DNA of 64,000 nucleotides from assembly GCF_000026545.1 (NCBI RefSeq), contig NC_011601.1; one strand, written 5' to 3'. Positions within the stretch are counted from its first letter, which is position 1. Each line of letters begins with the position of its first letter. Source of the DNA: Escherichia coli O127:H6 str. E2348/69 (lineage in GTDB: Bacteria > Pseudomonadota > Gammaproteobacteria > Enterobacterales > Enterobacteriaceae). This document shows, one piece after another, positions 23,684-34,291 of this stretch. The notes below the pieces were generated by a model. That model was given only the letters and a program-made list of their open reading frames with translations, did no database searches and was not told the DNA's origin. The translations under genes were made by a program, and so were the position numbers.

Positions 23684-24241
23684 ATGTCTTATTCAGAAAT
23701 CGCCGCGTGTCTGGCATACGCGGTTTCCGTCTGGCTGGCTGCCAGAAACAATGTGCATACATGGTGGATCGGCATAATTGGCAGCATATTGTACGGCTGG
23801 GTTTTTTGGTCCGTGCAACTCTATGCCGACGTTACGCTCCAGTTATTCTTCATCGCGACCAGCATCACTGGCTGGATCCACTGGCTGAAAGGTCAGGGTG
23901 GCGACATCTTGCCGGTGCGCCGAACGCAAGCCTGTCACTTTTTCCTTTTGTTGCTCTGTGCTGTCGTCGTGGCAGGCGGTTACGGCTTTTTACTCCACAC
24001 CTTTACCAATGCCTGGGCACCCTGGCTGGATTCGTTGATTTTGACCTTTAGCGTTCTGGCACAATTCATGTTGATGGGAAGACGTATCGAAAACTGGTTC
24101 GTCTGGTTAGCGGTGAATACCTTGGCAGTGCCACTGTATATGACGCGCGGTTTAAACCTGACCGCTGGCTTATATTTCCTGTTCTGGATTAACGCCTGGC
24201 ATGGTTTGTATCAATGGCGCAAAGAGTTGCAAACATCATGA
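23684..24241 (+). CDS. PnuC-family nicotinamide riboside transporter-like membrane protein (185 aa)
   Basis: Small polytopic membrane protein with PnuC-like hydrophobic pattern; good RBS (GGGAGGG); stop overlaps the next gene start (ATGA); not pnuC proper. Confidence 0.7.
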   Translation: MSYSEIAACLAYAVSVWLAARNNVHTWWIGIIGSILYGWVFWSVQLYADVTLQLFFIATSITGWIHWLKGQGGDILPVRRTQACHFFLLLLCAVVVAGGYGFLLHTFTNAWAPWLDSLILTFSVLAQFMLMGRRIENWFVWLAVNTLAVPLYMTRGLNLTAGLYFLFWINAWHGLYQWRKELQTS

Positions 24242-25242
24242 AGCCTTTTGCAACGGGCCTGGTGGTTGGTAAATTCGCGCCTTTGCATTGTGGTCATGAA
24301 AAGTTGATCAATACCGCACTGGCGCAATGTGAAGAACTGTTCATCATCAGTTATTCCGTGCCGGAAATGCCTGACTGTGAACCTGAAAAGCGCCTGACGT
24401 GGCTGCAAGTGCGCTTCCCGCAAGCGACGATTTTGGTACTGACGCCAGAGCTTGTTGCGCGTTATAACTTACCTGCCATACCGCATAACGATGCCGATGC
24501 CGACATCCACCGTCATTATGTGGCGACGCTGTGCCTGCAGATATTACGCTGTCGTCCACATGCTGTATTTACTGCAGAAGACTATGGCGATGGCTTTGCT
24601 AACGTGCTGGCGCGGCGTTTTGCCCAACCCGTTGAACACGTTCGAATGGCGCGCCCAGTTGGCGATGAAGCGCCTTCGGGAACGCTTATTCGTTCCGATG
24701 TTCACCGCTATCGCTACATGTTGGCGAATGATGTTTATTACAGTTTCGTTCGCCGTATCTGTCTGCTTGGTGGCGAATCTACCGGTAAAAGCACGCTTTC
24801 AAAAGCGCTGGCGGATGGGCTTGATACGGTGTATGTCGCTGAATTTGGCCGCGACTATTGGGAAGAAAAAAACGGAATCTTAACCGCGGATGATTTGTTG
24901 CATATCGCCTGCGAACAGGTACGCCGGGAACAACAAGCAGAAGCTAATCACTATCTTATATGTGACACGTCGCCACTCACGACCTTGTTCTATGCCCTTG
25001 ATCAATATGGTCATGCTCCGCAAGAACTTCATCAACTGGCGGAGCGGGAATACTCTCTGGTGGTGCTTTGCGGCGCAGAATTTCCCTTCGTGCAGGATGG
25101 CACCCGGCAAGGAGAGGTATTTCGCGCACGGCAACAGGTGTGGTATGAACAGGAATTGTCGCGCAGGAACATTCCTTATCTTTCGGTTTCGGGGCCACTG
25201 CAAGAGCGAGTGGAGCAAATTCTTCGCCAACTTCCCGACTGA
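24214..25242 (+). CDS. NadR-like bifunctional NMN adenylyltransferase / ribosylnicotinamide kinase lacking the N-terminal HTH domain (start at 24214 or 24238)
   Basis: Nucleotidyltransferase motif GKFAPLHCGH (compare NadR GKFYPLHTGH) and P-loop GGESTGKST (NadR kinase domain Walker A); 333-342 aa versus about 410 for full NadR. Confidence 0.8.
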   Translation: MAQRVANIMKPFATGLVVGKFAPLHCGHEKLINTALAQCEELFIISYSVPEMPDCEPEKRLTWLQVRFPQATILVLTPELVARYNLPAIPHNDADADIHRHYVATLCLQILRCRPHAVFTAEDYGDGFANVLARRFAQPVEHVRMARPVGDEAPSGTLIRSDVHRYRYMLANDVYYSFVRRICLLGGESTGKSTLSKALADGLDTVYVAEFGRDYWEEKNGILTADDLLHIACEQVRREQQAEANHYLICDTSPLTTLFYALDQYGHAPQELHQLAEREYSLVVLCGAEFPFVQDGTRQGEVFRARQQVWYEQELSRRNIPYLSVSGPLQERVEQILRQLPD

Positions 25243-25323
25243 CTTTGAACATCCTCTCGATCTTCGCCTACTTCCGGTTTATTGTGTTTTAACCACCTGC
25301 CCGTAAACCTGGAGAACCATCGC

Positions 25324-26517
25324 GTGTTTCAAAAAGTTGACGCCTACGCTGGCGACCCGATTCTTACGCTTATGGAGCGTTTTAAAGAAGATCCCCGCAG
25401 CGACAAAGTGAATTTAAGTATCGGTCTGTACTACAACGAAGACGGAATTATTCCACAACTGAAAGCCGTGGCGGATGCGGAAGCGCGCCTGAATGCGCAG
25501 CCTCATGGTGCTTCGCTTTATTTACCGATGGAAGGGCTTAACAGCTATCGCCATGCCATTGCGCCGCTGCTGTTTGGTGCGGACCATCCGGTACTGCAAC
25601 AACAGCGCGTAGCAACCATTCAAACCCTTGGCGGCTCAGGGGCATTGAAAGTGGGCGCAGATTTCCTGAAACGCTACTTCCCGGAATCAGGCGTCTGGGT
25701 CAGCGATCCTACCTGGGAAAACCACGTAGCAATATTCGCCGGGGCTGGATTCGAAGTGAGCACTTACCCCTGGTATGACGAAGCGACTAACGGCGTGCGC
25801 TTTAATGACCTGTTGGCGACGCTGAAAACATTACCTGCCCGCAGTATTGTGTTGCTGCATCCATGTTGCCACAACCCAACGGGTGCCGATCTCACTAATG
25901 ACCAGTGGGATTCCGTGATTGAAATTCTCAAAGCCCGTGAGCTTATCCCATTTCTTGATATTGCCTATCAAGGATTTGGTGCCGGTATGGAAGAGGATGC
26001 CTACGCCATTCGCGCCATTGCCAGCGCTGGATTACCCGCTCTGGTGAGCAATTCGTTCTCGAAAATTTTCTCCCTTTACGGCGAGCGCGTCGGCGGACTT
26101 TCTGTTCTGTGTGAAGATGCCGAAGCCGCAGGCCGCGTACTGGGGCAATTGAAAGCAACCGTTCGCCGCAACTACTCCAGCCCGCCGAATTTTGGTGCGC
26201 AGGTGGTGGCTGCGGTGCTGAATGACGAGGCATTGAAAGCCAGCTGGCTGGCGGAAGTAGAAGAGATGCGAACTCGCATTCTGGCAATGCGTCAGGAACT
26301 GGTGAAGGTATTGAGCACAGAGATGCCAGAGCGCAATTTCGATTATCTGCTTAATCAGCGCGGCATGTTCAGTTATACCGGTTTAAGAACCGCCCAGGTT
26401 GACCGACTACGTGAAGAATTTGGTGTCTATCTCATCGCCAGCGGTCGCATGTGTGTCGCCGGGCTTAACGCGCAAAATGTGCATCGCGTGGCAAAGGCGT
26501 TTGCTGCGGTGATGTGA
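25324..26517 (+). CDS. tyrB: aromatic-amino-acid aminotransferase TyrB (397 aa, GTG start)
   Basis: Translation from (V)[13 protein letters not shown] matches TyrB. Confidence 0.9.
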   Translation: MFQKVDAYAGDPILTLMERFKEDPRSDKVNLSIGLYYNEDGIIPQLKAVADAEARLNAQPHGASLYLPMEGLNSYRHAIAPLLFGADHPVLQQQRVATIQTLGGSGALKVGADFLKRYFPESGVWVSDPTWENHVAIFAGAGFEVSTYPWYDEATNGVRFNDLLATLKTLPARSIVLLHPCCHNPTGADLTNDQWDSVIEILKARELIPFLDIAYQGFGAGMEEDAYAIRAIASAGLPALVSNSFSKIFSLYGERVGGLSVLCEDAEAAGRVLGQLKATVRRNYSSPPNFGAQVVAAVLNDEALKASWLAEVEEMRTRILAMRQELVKVLSTEMPERNFDYLLNQRGMFSYTGLRTAQVDRLREEFGVYLIASGRMCVAGLNAQNVHRVAKAFAAVM

Positions 26518-26527
26518 TTTTAATCAA

Positions 26528-26547
26528 CAGGCGGATCTCTCCGCCTG
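26528..26547 (+). terminator. hairpin after tyrB (CAGGCGGATCTCTCCGCCTG)
   Basis: Perfect 8-bp stem read directly; weak T tract. Confidence 0.45.
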
Positions 26548-26647
26548 TTCCTGACTCCAGCCATCCCCTACTATTCTGTCCCTTTTTTCGCCCACTTTTA
26601 CATCATCTATTTTCTATAAGTTTTTGAAAATTAGTGTTTTTAACTGT

Positions 26648-26663
26648 TGGTACGGATTGTGCA
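26648..26663 (+). promoter_or_regulatory. sigma-54 (-24/-12) promoter-like element upstream of the island E1 gene
   Basis: TGGTACGGATTGTGCA: TGG..AC at -24 and TGCA at -12 with canonical spacing, about 35 bp upstream of the E1 ATG. Confidence 0.5.
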
Positions 26664-26698
26664 GTAATGCGGCTGTCTATGACCATCAGGAGAAAAAC

Positions 26699-29443
26699 AT
26701 GGAGAACATGACCTCGCCCGGCACGCTGCTTAGTGGAGATAACGCGACCTGGCTTGAAGAGTACTACCAGACCTGGTTGCGTACGCCGGAAAAACTCCCG
26801 GAAGACTGGCGGCGTTTTTTTCTTTCACCTGAACTGACTGTCCAAAGCGTATCCGGTGATAACAACGTCAGCGGTGCGACGTTAAAAAAACAGGCTGCGG
26901 TAATACAACTGATCAATGCCTGGCGCACGCAGGGGCATCTGCGCGCAAAGCTTGATCCACTTGGTTTGAATCCCCCGGCTGACGTTCCCTCCCTCCAGCC
27001 TGGTTTTTGGGGATTAAGCGAAGAAGACTTGTTGCAGGAATTTAGCGTCACCTTTGGCGCACACACCACGCAAATGCCACTTAAGCAACTGCTTAACCTG
27101 CTAGAGCAAGCCTGGGCCGGTAGCCAGGCTTATGAACTTGCTCATCTGGAAAATCGTGAAGAAATCAACTGGTTGTTATCACGGATTGAGAGCAGCAATG
27201 CGCCACAAGCAGATGTACAAACCTGTATTGCTCGTTTTGAAAAACTGATGGCGGCAGAGACGTTAGAGCGTTATCTGCATACCCGTTATGTTGGGCAGAA
27301 ACGGTTTTCTCTGGAAGGGGGCGAAAGTGCAATCCCGGCGCTCGATACGCTGACAAAACGCCTGCGTGCGCAAGGTGTGGAGGAAATGGTCATTGGCATG
27401 GCGCACCGGGGAAGACTTAATGTTCTGGTTAATCTGTTGAATAAAGACCCGGCACAGCTTTTTGCTGAGTTTGAAGGCAAGCAGACGATCGGCAGTGGTT
27501 CAGGCGATGTGAAATACCACATGGGGTATTCCAGCAATCTGGAAACACCTGCCGGTTCGCTGCATGTGGCGCTGGCGTATAACCCCTCACATCTGGAGAT
27601 CGTGAATCCGGTGGTGCTGGGCCAGGTGCGAGCCAGGCAGGAACGCCGTGGTGAGGATGGTCAGGCAAAAGTGGTGGGCGTACTTATTCATGGGGATTCC
27701 GCGTTGGGCGGCCTCGGCGTCAACCAAACCACGTTTAACTTATCGCAGACTCAGGGCTACGGCACTGGCGGTACGCTACATCTGGTGATTAACAATCAGA
27801 TTGGCTTCACCACTTCCCGCTTGCAGGATATGCGTTCTTCACGGTACTGCACCGATATTGCCAAAATGGTAGCGGCCCCAATTATCCACGTTAATGGCGA
27901 TGACGTTGACGCTGTTTGCCAGGTAATGGAACTGGCGTGCGAATGGCGAGACACCTTCCGGCGCGACATCATCATCGATATTTGCTGCTTCCGTAAGCAC
28001 GGACACAACGAAAGCGATGAGCCACGTCTTACCCAGCCACAAATGTATCAGGCAGTGGATGCTCACCCTGGTACGCTCGCCCGTTATGGTGAATCTCTTG
28101 CCCGCCGCGGCCTGTTAACTCAGGCGCAACAAGATGAGATGACGGCACGCTATCGCGACTGGCTGGATAGCTGCCAGAAACGTGAACCGCAGCCTCTCAA
28201 ACCTGCAATTCACTCTTTTAGCGCTAACTGGTATGGGTTGACCAACCCTCACTGGAGCGCCCCGGTATCTACGGCATTGCCTCGGCAAAAGCTGGCAGCG
28301 TATGGTGAAATCATTTCTACACTGCCACCCGATGTGGTCGCACATCCTACCATTAAACGGCAACTGGCGTTACGCCAGGATATGGCCGCAGGTACTCAGC
28401 CAATAGACTGGGGAATGGCTGAAATGCTGGCCTATGCATCGCTTGTGGATGCGGGTGTTGGTGTGCGTCTTTCTGGTGAAGACTCAGGGCGTGGCACGTT
28501 CAGTCATCGCCATGCAGTGGTACATCATCAAACTGAAGCCCGTCGTTATCTGCCGTTACAGCATATCCGCGCTGGTCAGGCATCTTTCGATGTTTATGAT
28601 TCGGTGCTTAATGAAGAAGCGCTCTTAGCCTTTGAATATGGCTATTCAACGTCTGCGCCTCAGCAACTGGTTATTTGGGAAGCGCAGTTTGGTGACTTTG
28701 CCAACGGCGCTCAGGTTGCTATTGACCAGTTTATCTCGTCTGGCGAAACCAAGTGGGATCGCTATAGCGGTTTAACCATTCTTCTGCCGCATGGCTATGA
28801 CGGACAAGGGCCGGAGCACTCTTCTGCGCGTCCTGAGCGCTGGCTGCAACTGTGCGCAGAAAACAACATGCAGGTGGTGATGCCCAGTGAGTCAGCACAA
28901 ATGTTCCATTTGCTGCGCGGTCAGGCATTACGCCCAATGCGCAAACCGTTAGTGATAATGATGAGTAAGCGTTTACTTCGGTTTAAAGGCGCGATGAGCG
29001 AGCTTTCTGAATTTACTGATGGCGCTTATAAACCGGTAATCACCGATCCGCAATTGCATCAGCCCCAGAAAGTTAAGCGCGTTATTTTGTGTAGCGGCCA
29101 GGTCTATTACGACGTACTGGAAGCCCGTAAGCAGCGTGAGTGTGAAGATGAGGTAGCGATTGTTCGCCTGGAGCAACTCTACCCGTTCCCGGTCGCAGAA
29201 CTGAATGATGTTCTGGCGAGTTGGCCGAACTGCTGCGAATGGATTTGGTTGCAGGAAGAGCCAGAAAACCAGGGCGCGTGGCGGCAGATTCGTCATGAGC
29301 TGGCGGCACTGAAAATTAACACTCCTTACTGGCAGTATGCAGGCCGCCCGGCAGCGGCAGCTCCGGCGACGGGGTATGGGCGTGTACATAAACAACAAAT
29401 CGACGAATTTCTTGCTGCTGCGTTTGCAGATATTCAGCCATGA
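26699..29443 (+). CDS. 2-oxoglutarate dehydrogenase E1 component paralogue (SucA-like, 914 aa)
   Basis: Collinear similarity to SucA along the whole length (e.g. MAHRGRLNVLVN, GDVKYHMG, EAQFGDFANGAQV, LPHGYDGQGPEHSSAR); start moved to ATG 26699 downstream of the promoter motif and preceded by AGGAG. Confidence 0.9.
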   Translation: MENMTSPGTLLSGDNATWLEEYYQTWLRTPEKLPEDWRRFFLSPELTVQSVSGDNNVSGATLKKQAAVIQLINAWRTQGHLRAKLDPLGLNPPADVPSLQPGFWGLSEEDLLQEFSVTFGAHTTQMPLKQLLNLLEQAWAGSQAYELAHLENREEINWLLSRIESSNAPQADVQTCIARFEKLMAAETLERYLHTRYVGQKRFSLEGGESAIPALDTLTKRLRAQGVEEMVIGMAHRGRLNVLVNLLNKDPAQLFAEFEGKQTIGSGSGDVKYHMGYSSNLETPAGSLHVALAYNPSHLEIVNPVVLGQVRARQERRGEDGQAKVVGVLIHGDSALGGLGVNQTTFNLSQTQGYGTGGTLHLVINNQIGFTTSRLQDMRSSRYCTDIAKMVAAPIIHVNGDDVDAVCQVMELACEWRDTFRRDIIIDICCFRKHGHNESDEPRLTQPQMYQAVDAHPGTLARYGESLARRGLLTQAQQDEMTARYRDWLDSCQKREPQPLKPAIHSFSANWYGLTNPHWSAPVSTALPRQKLAAYGEIISTLPPDVVAHPTIKRQLALRQDMAAGTQPIDWGMAEMLAYASLVDAGVGVRLSGEDSGRGTFSHRHAVVHHQTEARRYLPLQHIRAGQASFDVYDSVLNEEALLAFEYGYSTSAPQQLVIWEAQFGDFANGAQVAIDQFISSGETKWDRYSGLTILLPHGYDGQGPEHSSARPERWLQLCAENNMQVVMPSESAQMFHLLRGQALRPMRKPLVIMMSKRLLRFKGAMSELSEFTDGAYKPVITDPQLHQPQKVKRVILCSGQVYYDVLEARKQRECEDEVAIVRLEQLYPFPVAELNDVLASWPNCCEWIWLQEEPENQGAWRQIRHELAALKINTPYWQYAGRPAAAAPATGYGRVHKQQIDEFLAAAFADIQP

Positions 29444-29475
29444 AAGGCGCACAAAAATAATAAGGAGAACATTTT

Positions 29476-30630
29476 ATGATCGAAATTACTGTCCCTGTAT
29501 TACCGGAATCTGTCACGGAAGGCACGCTGACAACCTGGTGTAAACAAGAAGGCGAGCACGTAAAACGCGATGATGTGATTGCCGAGCTGGAAACCGATAA
29601 AGTCATTCTGGAAATACCGGCCCCGCACGATGGCGTGTTAAGCAATATTATCGTCAGCGAAGGTAGCACGGTCACGTCCGCGCAACTGTTGGCGCATCTT
29701 AAGCCGCAAGCTGTCATAGAAGAAACCGTCACACCAGTCACCGAAACCCTGACGATGCCTTCCGCACGGCTGGAGGCACAGCGTAGTGGTGTCGAACTTG
29801 CTGACGTTGCGGGGAGCGGGAGAAATGGACGTATCCTGAAAGAGGATGTGCAGCGCGTTACTCCTGCACCAGCCATTCAGCCTGAACGGGTGGCGGAGAT
29901 CGCGCCAGCTAAACCCTTGACACCGGGTGCTCGTCAGGAACGTCGTGAGCCGATGTCGCGCTTACGTCAGCGAATTGCTGAGCGTCTGCTGGCTTCCCAA
30001 CAAAATAACGCCATTCTTACCACATTCAACGAAGTAAACATGCAGAGCGTGATGGATTTACGCGCCCGCTGGAAAGATCGTTTTGCCGAGAAGCACGGCG
30101 TGAAGCTGGGCTTTATGTCCTTCTTTGTTAAGGCCGTTACCCGGGCGCTGGAGCGCTTCCCTGTAGTGAATGCCAGCGTTGATGGTAACGAGATTATCTG
30201 GCGTGATTATTGCGATATCGGCATTGCAGTGAGCAGCAACCGCGGCCTGGTAGTGCCTGTGTTACGCAATGCGCAATCACTCTCTTTGGTGGAAATTGAA
30301 CGGCAAATTGCCGAATACGCCACACAGGCTCGCAATGGCAAATTGCCGCTGGAGGCGTTACAGGGCGGCACGTTCTCTATCACCAACGGCGGTACTTTTG
30401 GTTCGATGATGTCAACGCCAATCATTAACCCGCCGCAGTCGGCCATTCTTGGGATGCATGCCATCACGCCGCGCCCGGTCGCAGAAAACGGCCAGGTTGT
30501 TATTCGTCCCATGATGTACCTTGCTCTCAGCTATGACCATCGCATTATTGATGGGCAGGAAGCCGTTCAGACGCTGGTGGCAATACGCGAGCTACTGGAG
30601 TCACCGGAACAACTGTTGCTGGATCTTTAA
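29476..30630 (+). CDS. dihydrolipoamide succinyltransferase E2 paralogue (SucB-like, 384 aa)
   Basis: Lipoyl domain with ELETDKV lipoyl-lysine motif; catalytic domain with [12 protein letters not shown]. Confidence 0.9.
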   Translation: MIEITVPVLPESVTEGTLTTWCKQEGEHVKRDDVIAELETDKVILEIPAPHDGVLSNIIVSEGSTVTSAQLLAHLKPQAVIEETVTPVTETLTMPSARLEAQRSGVELADVAGSGRNGRILKEDVQRVTPAPAIQPERVAEIAPAKPLTPGARQERREPMSRLRQRIAERLLASQQNNAILTTFNEVNMQSVMDLRARWKDRFAEKHGVKLGFMSFFVKAVTRALERFPVVNASVDGNEIIWRDYCDIGIAVSSNRGLVVPVLRNAQSLSLVEIERQIAEYATQARNGKLPLEALQGGTFSITNGGTFGSMMSTPIINPPQSAILGMHAITPRPVAENGQVVIRPMMYLALSYDHRIIDGQEAVQTLVAIRELLESPEQLLLDL

Positions 30631-30641
30631 GGAGAGCGCCA

Positions 30642-32060
30642 ATGAGTACAATTTTCGATGTGGCAGTTATGGGTGGTGGGCCAGGTGGTTACGTAGCGGC
30701 ACTGCGGGCTGCGCAGAATGGGCTTTCCGTAGTATGTATTGATGATGGTGTAAATGCTCAGGGCGAACCTTCGCCGGGCGGTACGTGCCTCAATGTCGGC
30801 TGTATTCCGTCAAAATCGTTGCTGCAATCTTCCGAACTGTACGCGCAAGTGCAGCATGAGGCGAGCATTCATGGCGTTAATGTTGACGGCGTATCTTTCA
30901 ATGCAGCTGCGATGATTCAACGTAAAGACGCCATAGTAAGCCGCCTGACAATGGGCATCGGTTTGCTGTTTAAGAAAAATAAAGTGAAGCACCTGTGCGG
31001 CCTCGCAACGTTAGAACATGCTCAGGATGAGATTTGGCAATTACGTGTAAACGATCAACAAATCCGCGCCCGTAATGTGGTGATTGCAACAGGTTCTCAG
31101 CCGCGTCAACTGCCTGGCGTTACCATTGATAATCAGCAAATTCTCGATAATCGCGGCGCCCTGGCGTTAACCGCTGTGCCGCCGCGTCTCGGTGTGATCG
31201 GCGCTGGCGTGATTGGCCTTGAACTGGGGTCTGTGTGGAATCGGGTCGGTTCAGACGTCACGTTGCTGGAGATGGCGCCAACGTTCTTGCCTGCACTGGA
31301 AGCTCGCCTGTCGAACGAAGTCCGTAAAGCAATGATTGCCAGTGGGATGAAAATGCAACTGGCAGTAGAGATTGAGGCTATTGAACAACGGGATGACGGT
31401 GTGCATGTGCGCTGGCGGCAGGGTGAGAAGCGAGAAGAAAGCCGCTTCGATAAATTAATTCTTGCCATTGGACGTGTACCGCGACTTTCTGGTGTCGATC
31501 TCGTGCAACTCGGTCTTGAAGCCGATAACCGTGGCGGTATTGCCGTCGATAACTTATGCCGTACCGGGAAAGCCGGGCTGTGGGCAATTGGTGATGTCGT
31601 GCGAGGGCCGATGCTGGCGCATAAAGCGATGGCTGAAGGTGTGGTGGTTGCTGATCAAATTGCCGGACTGGCGGTAGAGCCGATTAATTTTGCGCTGATC
31701 CCTTCGGTGATTTACACCCAACCGGAAGTTGCGTGGGTAGGGGAAAACGAGGCCTCACTGAAAGCCGCTGGCAGAGTCTTTAACAAAGGAAATTCTCTGT
31801 TTGCCGGTAACGGTCGCGCCTTAGCATTAGGCCAGGAAGGTGGGCGTTGCACGTTATACAGCGATAAACACACTGACCGCGTACTTGGCGGAGCGATTGT
31901 TGGCCCGCAGGCATCGGAGCTGATCAATGAAATTGCGCTGGCGATGACTTTTAGCGCCTCTGGCGAGGATATTGTCTGTGCGATCCATGCGCATCCGACA
32001 TTAAGCGAAGTCATCCACGAAGCAGCAATGGCCTTGAATAATAAAGCATTACACGGATAA
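30642..32060 (+). CDS. dihydrolipoamide dehydrogenase E3 paralogue (Lpd-like, 472 aa)
   Basis: FAD-binding GGGPGG, redox-active disulfide motif GTCLNVGCIPSK, C-terminal HAHPTLSE. Confidence 0.9.
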   Translation: MSTIFDVAVMGGGPGGYVAALRAAQNGLSVVCIDDGVNAQGEPSPGGTCLNVGCIPSKSLLQSSELYAQVQHEASIHGVNVDGVSFNAAAMIQRKDAIVSRLTMGIGLLFKKNKVKHLCGLATLEHAQDEIWQLRVNDQQIRARNVVIATGSQPRQLPGVTIDNQQILDNRGALALTAVPPRLGVIGAGVIGLELGSVWNRVGSDVTLLEMAPTFLPALEARLSNEVRKAMIASGMKMQLAVEIEAIEQRDDGVHVRWRQGEKREESRFDKLILAIGRVPRLSGVDLVQLGLEADNRGGIAVDNLCRTGKAGLWAIGDVVRGPMLAHKAMAEGVVVADQIAGLAVEPINFALIPSVIYTQPEVAWVGENEASLKAAGRVFNKGNSLFAGNGRALALGQEGGRCTLYSDKHTDRVLGGAIVGPQASELINEIALAMTFSASGEDIVCAIHAHPTLSEVIHEAAMALNNKALHG

Positions 32061-32081
32061 CACATACCACTGAGGGAATAT

Positions 32082-33251
32082 ATGAATTTACATGAGTATC
32101 AGGCCAAATCGTTACTGGCTGGCATGGGGATGCCGTGTCCAAAAGAGATAGCCATCCAACAGATTTCGCAACTGGCAGATGCCTGGCAACATATTGCTTG
32201 CCCGAGTAAAGGCGCGGTACTTAAAGCGCAGGTACATGCTGGTGGGCGCGGTAAAGCTGGCGGCGTAAAAGTGCTTAAGCAGCTGCCGGAAGCACAGGCT
32301 TTTGTACAGCAAATGTTGGGATCGCAACTGGTGACTTATCAGACCGGGCCAGAAGGACAGTATGTCAGCAGTATTTTACTGTGCGAAAACATTTATCCGG
32401 TACGCCAGGAACTCTATTTTGGCATGGTGGTGGATCGTGAAAGCCAGCGGGTCACGTTTATTGTCAGCCCGGAAGGTGGTGTGGAAATTGAAAAAGTCGC
32501 CCATGAGACACCGGAGAAAATCAGCAGTGTCAGCATTGATCCACTGACAGGCGTGCAGCCTTGCCATATCCGAGAAATGTTTGCTGTTCTGCAACTGGAA
32601 CACGGACTATTTGCTGCCTTTAGTCGCCTGGTTAATCAGGCGTGGAAAGCCTTTAACGAACTGGATTTTGCCCTGCTGGAAATTAACCCTCTGGTGTTGC
32701 GGGAAACGGGCGAATTTATGTGTGCAGACGCGAAAGTATCGCTGGATGATAACGCGCTGTATCGTCACCCGGAACTCCAGGTGCTACGTGATGAAACCCA
32801 GGAAGATCCACGCGAAAGCCAGGCAGCGAAGCTTGATCTTAATTATGTCTCGCTGGACGGAAATATCGGCTGCATGGTCAATGGTGCAGGGCTGGCTATG
32901 GCAACCATGGACATCATCAAGCTATACGGTGAACAACCCGCAAACTTCCTGGATGTTGGCGGTGGCGCAACCCAGGAGCGCGTCAGTGAAGCCTTTCGGC
33001 TGATTGTTTCCGACGGCAAAGTGAAAGCCATTCTGGTTAATATTTTTGGTGGGATTGTCCGTTGCGACATGATCGCCAGAGCCATTATTCATGCTCTGAA
33101 TGAGGCCCGTATCACCCTGCCTGTCGTGGTGCGTCTCTCCGGTAATAACGCTGCCGAAGGGCAGCGGTTACTGGCAGAAAGTGGCCTGACGGTGGAAGCC
33201 GTCAATTCTCTGGATGATGCCGCTAAACGCATCATTGCGTTACTGAATTAA
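32082..33251 (+). CDS. succinyl-CoA synthetase beta subunit paralogue (SucC-like, 389 aa)
   Basis: ATP-grasp N-terminus MNLHEYQAKSLL, collinear with SucC. Confidence 0.9.
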   Translation: MNLHEYQAKSLLAGMGMPCPKEIAIQQISQLADAWQHIACPSKGAVLKAQVHAGGRGKAGGVKVLKQLPEAQAFVQQMLGSQLVTYQTGPEGQYVSSILLCENIYPVRQELYFGMVVDRESQRVTFIVSPEGGVEIEKVAHETPEKISSVSIDPLTGVQPCHIREMFAVLQLEHGLFAAFSRLVNQAWKAFNELDFALLEINPLVLRETGEFMCADAKVSLDDNALYRHPELQVLRDETQEDPRESQAAKLDLNYVSLDGNIGCMVNGAGLAMATMDIIKLYGEQPANFLDVGGGATQERVSEAFRLIVSDGKVKAILVNIFGGIVRCDMIARAIIHALNEARITLPVVVRLSGNNAAEGQRLLAESGLTVEAVNSLDDAAKRIIALLN

Positions 33252-33263
33252 CAGGAGGTTAAG

Positions 33264-34136
33264 ATGAGCGTTTTGATCAACAAACACACGCGGGTACTGG
33301 TGCAGGGCATTACCGGCAAAAACGGCACATTTCATACAGAGCAGGCTATTGCGTATGGCACGCAGATTGTGGGTGGAGTGACGCCAGGTAAGGGCGGGCA
33401 ACGGCATCTGGATCGCCCGGTTTTTGATTCAATGAAAGAAGCGATGCGACAAACTGAGGCTGATGCCAGCGTGATTTATGTGCCTGCACCGTTTGTGCTG
33501 GATTCTGTTGTTGAGGCTATTGAAGCTGGCGTCAAATTGGTTGTGGTGATCACTGAAGGTGTACCGACACTGGATATGGTGAAAGTTCGTCGGCTGCTTG
33601 ACTGCCACCCGGATGTGCGGCTGATTGGGCCAAACTGCCCAGGAGTTATCACGCCGGGTGAGTGCAAAATCGGGATTATGCCTGGTGAAATCCACCGCCC
33701 AGGGCGTATTGGGATTGTTTCCCGCTCCGGTACATTAACCTACGAAGCTGTAGCGCAAACCACGGCGCTGGGACTTGGGCAATCCACCTGTATTGGTATT
33801 GGCGGCGATCCGGTTCCGGGGACTAACTTTATTGATGCGCTGCGTTTATTCGAAAATGATCCGCAAACAGACGCGGTAATTATGATCGGTGAAATTGGTG
33901 GTAATGCGGAAGAACGGGCCGCGGAATTTATTCGTCATGAAATGAATAAACCGGTCGTAGGTTATATTGCCGGTGTTACTGCACCAAAAGGAAAACGCAT
34001 GGGACACGCCGGAGCCATTATTTCTGGCGGTAGCGGCAGTGCGGAGGATAAATTCCGGGCGTTCGATAAAGCAGGCATGGCATGGACACGAAATCCAGCA
34101 TTACTTGGCGAAACGTTATGGAATGTTATTAAGTAA
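33264..34136 (+). CDS. succinyl-CoA synthetase alpha subunit paralogue (SucD-like, 290 aa)
   Basis: CoA-binding N-terminus, catalytic His region (GHAGAII) conserved. Confidence 0.9.
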   Translation: MSVLINKHTRVLVQGITGKNGTFHTEQAIAYGTQIVGGVTPGKGGQRHLDRPVFDSMKEAMRQTEADASVIYVPAPFVLDSVVEAIEAGVKLVVVITEGVPTLDMVKVRRLLDCHPDVRLIGPNCPGVITPGECKIGIMPGEIHRPGRIGIVSRSGTLTYEAVAQTTALGLGQSTCIGIGGDPVPGTNFIDALRLFENDPQTDAVIMIGEIGGNAEERAAEFIRHEMNKPVVGYIAGVTAPKGKRMGHAGAIISGGSGSAEDKFRAFDKAGMAWTRNPALLGETLWNVIK

Positions 34137-34154
34137 TCCATAAATGAATATCAA

Positions 34155-34178
34155 GGGAGCATATCGCTCCCTTTTTTT
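34155..34178 (+). terminator. rho-independent terminator after the SucD-like gene
   Basis: GGGAGC-ATATC-GCTCCC stem-loop followed by T7. Confidence 0.7.
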
Positions 34179-34291
34179 ATCTGTGTGGTAAGGGAATCAT
34201 CTTTTAATAACTGTGCGGAAAACCGCGCATAAAATAAAAAGGATAAATAGCTAACTCATTAAATAACAAAGCGTTATTAAAAAATTAAAGA

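Noticed and set aside
26624-26698. Upstream start of the E1 ORF at 26624 (MKISVFNCWYGLCSN...)
   Set aside because: It would begin upstream of the promoter motif and has no RBS; the ATG at 26699 is preceded by AGGAG and gives an N-terminus alignable to SucA.
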